A stretch of DNA of 64,000 nucleotides from NCBI RefSeq assembly GCF_964355755.1, contig NC_092673.1, positions 16,216,948 to 16,280,947 of the forward strand, in the 5' to 3' direction. A program made the position numbers and the translations under genes. The stretch is from Antedon mediterranea (lineage: Eukaryota > Animalia > Echinodermata). Below are positions 60,270 to 64,000 of the stretch, in pieces (positions within the stretch are counted from its first letter, which is position 1; each line of letters opens with the position of its first letter). The notes beneath the pieces are model-generated. The model saw only the letters and a list, made by a program, of their open reading frames with translations. It was not told the origin of the DNA and did not search any database.

Positions 60270-63200
60270 TCTGATATCAATCTCCGGACTGAATTCTGCG
60301 AAATCTGCTGGACACGACGGTATTGATGGTAAGCTCGTTCGGGCGGCAGCCCCCATCATCGCACCTTTCCTCACACAGATTATTAAATACTTCCATCTCC
60401 AGTCAAAGCTTCCCTCTCTCGTGGAAAATTGGTAAGATTACTCCCATCTTTAAATCCGGTAACAAACATCTACCGGATAACTACAGACCTATATCTGTGT
60501 TACCTATCATGTCTAAAGTGATTGAGAAGGCCGTCGGTATGCAAGTACTGGAATATCTTTCTTCAAATAATCTTCTCTGCCCTAACCAATCTGGATTTCG
60601 TCCCACTTATTCTACACTCACTGCTATTACCAAAACTCATGACAGCTGGATCCACAGTATAAATGAAGGTAAAATCATTGGTTCAGTTTTTATTGATCTA
60701 AGGAAAGCTTTCGATCTAGTAAACTACGAAATTCTGTTACGTAAACTTCTCTTTTATGGTTTTTCCGAATTGGCTGTGAAATGGTTTACATCCTATCTTT
60801 CTGGACGTCAGCAACATGTTTGTTATAAATCAACTATATCTTCATCTATTAATGTCAACGCTGGTATACCTCAAGGATCCAACCTTGGGCCACTGTTATT
60901 CTCCATATACATAAATGATCTCCCCAATTGTTTATCGTACTCTTCAATGGATATGTTTGCTGATGATACCATAATTTACAATTCTAGCGATAAGGTAGAC
61001 GATATTGCAACCAATCTTAATTTTGACTTAGATAAAATCGCCAATTGGCTAATTCTAGCTAATAGTCTAGCGCTCAATACTAAAAAAACTGAAGTGATGG
61101 TAATTGGAACGCCACAAAGGCTTTCTTTACTCGGGCCTATAAATGTTTCTATTAGCAACTTACCTATCAAACAGGTCACCCAACATAAGCATCTTGGCAT
61201 CATTCTTGACCACCATCTTACTTTTATTCCGCACGTTGATAAGTTGTGCAACAAATTAAGTTCCTCTATCTCCATCCTCGCCCGAACTCGAAAATTTGTC
61301 CACCAAGCTACATCTCTTATGTTATACAATGCTCTTGTCTTACCTCATATTGACTATTGTTGTTCTCTCTGGGGCTCACGAGCACCACTCGTTGCTAAAG
61401 TCCAGAAACTTCAAAATAGAGCTAAAAGAGTTATCTTGAAAGTTCACCCTCATACCCCATCCCACCTTGTTGATAACACCATTTCTATCTCATCCGTTTC
61501 TCAACGTTATCAGTTTCAACTTGGTTGTCTCGCCTATCGGGCTTCCACCAACACCGTTCCGGATTACATCAGTCGCATGTTAACCAGGGCTCAGCCTGGA
61601 GGTCGACCTACTACCAGATCCATCTCTAATTGTAATTATATTATTCCTCGACCTTCTTTAGAGATTTTTAAACAATGTTTCAGTTATAAAGCGCCTATGT
61701 ATTGTAATATGATTCCTAAAATCATTCGACAATCTGAAAACGTTATTTCCTTTAAACGTGAACTTAAACAATTTATTTCCAGTTAATATTGTTCGTACTA
61801 TGTATATATATATATATTTTTTTTTTATCTGTCAACAATTTTAACTTTTATATGAATTTTATATAATCATTGTAAATTTTTAAGCCTTTAATATATTTTA
61901 TGTCATTTGAATCTATATATAAATTTACGTAAGGGCAAAATTCGGTAAATCGCGCCTTACTTTTAGAATTTTTACTCGATGGTATATAAAGTTGGTTCGT
62001 ACTTTCGGTACTGATTTTAACCACCTGATTTAACCCTATTTACTAATTAAATTAAGTTAGATAATTAGTTATTGACGATTAAAACGAATTTAGGTTCAAC
62101 GATTTGCCCCAAAGAGGGGTGTTTTCCGATCGTGGTATACACTGTCTAATGGATGTCTATCTTGAAAAATACCCGCCACAAAAATGCGAGGAGGCTTCGC
62201 ATTTTCCTATCTCCTCCTACGATAATTGTTTTTAATAGCTGAAAACCCGTTGAACAGCTAGAGTACAGCATCATAATGTTGAAGACAGGCCGATTTTCTT
62301 TAAAAAATACTATTTTGATAGATTTAATATACGATTCTACAAATGTATTGATTTGCGATGAATGGAACATCCCAATCTCTCAGTCTGCCGGAGTTTAACA
62401 CAAGTAGGTAAATTTATGAGCCCTTGGTTTAACATATACGGTAGGTAAATATATGGGCCCTTTGAGAATAAACTTGCAATACTTCGACAATACTGTAAAT
62501 ACCTATTATTAACTATTGTTGGTCAACATTTGAATCAAACATTTCTAACTGTGAATGTTCGTACTGTTAAATGTAATATAAAAATATATACAAATAAACT
62601 TTATTACTGAGATTGTGGATAGGCTCTACTGTTAGATATATAAACACATTATTATATACAAATAAACTTTATACTATAGACAGTTCCTTCTCAACGTTTG
62701 TATTAATTAATAATTACCAAAAATATAAACGTCGTAGTGGTGTATATCGTGTACTTTAATATTTCAATCGATTATGACAGTGACAGTTTTAACAAAGTAT
62801 TAAATCGCAAATGTTTTACTGTATTTAGATGTAGGCCTATATTATTTATAGGTCTATAAAACATGAAAGAAATATTTCGTTACTGAGTGGATAAAGAGTA
62901 TATCTAAAAATTGTTCTTCTTTGTACCTATCCGCTTTCCCATCCCTCAACCCTAATGTTACATACAAAACACAAATTGGGTTTCTTTAAATGAGTCCAAA
63001 TCAAACATTTGGACTCATTTTGTGATAAGTTTCTCCTTCGGAAGTAATTCCCAGGGTGCTAATTTTAGTTGACTACACAAATCATCGTGTCTATTTATTC
63101 GTTTCTGTAAACGACAATGTATTATAGTCCTGCGGTACGTACATTTGAAATCGCCAGTTTTGTTACGCTGAAATTACTGTGTATTCGAGAACCATCTGTG

Positions 63201-63365
63201 AGTACGACCTAGATGGTACGCGAGCGAAGCGAGCGTACCATCTATATTTAATATTTTATGTGTTGTACTGTATGTATGTTTTATCGAGGGCCCTGAATGA
63301 TCAGTTCTATTAGGAACTGGATAGGCTACCCTCAGTAAATATGGTAATAAATAAATAAATAAAGA
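60270..63365 (+). mobile_element. 5'-truncated CR1/L2-group LINE (RT ORF 60323-61786); 3' UTR interrupted by a Helitron
   Basis: NYRPISVLP, FIDLRKAFDLV, GIPQGSNLGPLLF, FADD; 3' stem-loop and (TAAA)n tail at about 63285-63365. Confidence 0.9.
61912..63245 (+). mobile_element. Non-autonomous Helitron nested in the LINE 3' UTR
   Basis: A|TCTATATATAAATTTACG start; terminal hairpin ggtacgc...gcgtacc then CTAT (degenerate CTRR). Confidence 0.8.
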
Positions 63366-63369
63366 CAAA

Positions 63370-64000
63370 TTCTACATTCTAGGCTGATATTTACATTTTT
63401 AATTTTTTTACAATTAATATTTACAAAAGTGTAGCGTACACACATAATGGGGAACTAACGACTGGGGACAGTGGGCACGTTTTCTGGGCGTGCTTTAGTA
63501 GGACCAGAAAAGCGCCCTTATTGTAAGCCTTTAAAGGTGCAATTCCAGGTCTATATTGACAAAATTGTTTGACATCAGCCTAAACCATGGTGGGGCTTGA
63601 GTGATCTTTATTGTGTTTTGACAAACAGGTATAAAAACTAAATTGGTTACTGGTCATAAAACAGAATATAAATAAAAACATTCAAAAAGTTCAAAGCATA
63701 TTGAAAACTTACGATAGATGTTTTTAATCGCATTTCCTACTGCCTAATTCTGAATCATACCAGTTATTCATTTCAGGATTACTTTATTTTCACTTTACCC
63801 ATTGAAACCATGCTAATCAACTGTATGTTGCTAGAATTTCAACGATTTAGATTCAGGGTCGCTGTCAAAAAATGTCTATATGTTTGGATGAGTTTGAGTT
63901 CCACAATTTTTTTTAGGACATAATTTAAATTAATAACTGTAGTTGTTAACTGTATACATTATTATTATTATAGTATATTCAGAATGAATGATTTCTTGTA
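63370..64000 (+). repeat. Duplicated intron block, paralogous to about 33120-33620 and 35000-35510
   Basis: Shared tgcaattcca.gtctatattg.caaaatt...aaaccatggtggg...ggttactggtcataaaacagaatataaataaaaacatt. Confidence 0.85.

Overview
AT-rich animal genomic DNA with spliceosomal introns and dense transposable elements; a marine invertebrate such as an echinoderm is a guess from the repeat and domain repertoire. Reading splice sites by hand reveals one large + strand gene, open at both window edges and mostly missed by the ORF track. It has 22 phase-compatible exons (about 2.8 kb, about 945 codons). They encode 8 one-exon-per-repeat ankyrin units with an almost invariant scaffold and a hypervariable, length-variable segment, an ankyrin C-cap, linker exons, a ZU5 domain ending in an HFS motif, a UPA-like domain, a tandem death-effector-domain-like (DED-DED) exon and further linker exons. 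This resembles a PIDD1/UNC5CL-type death-fold signalling protein with a diversifying ankyrin sensor. The ankyrin array is being remodelled: a 12.4-kb tandem duplication has its crossover inside an exon and created a chimeric repeat, and a deletion left a truncated exon. The introns contain CR1/L2-group LINEs, a recent Gmr1-type Ty3/gypsy element, a solo LTR, Kolobok elements, an Academ-like foldback, Helitrons, a Helentron-type (HINE) composite carrying tRNA-Val pseudogenes, SINEs including a 5S-derived one, and minisatellites. All family assignments come from motif recognition, not database searches.
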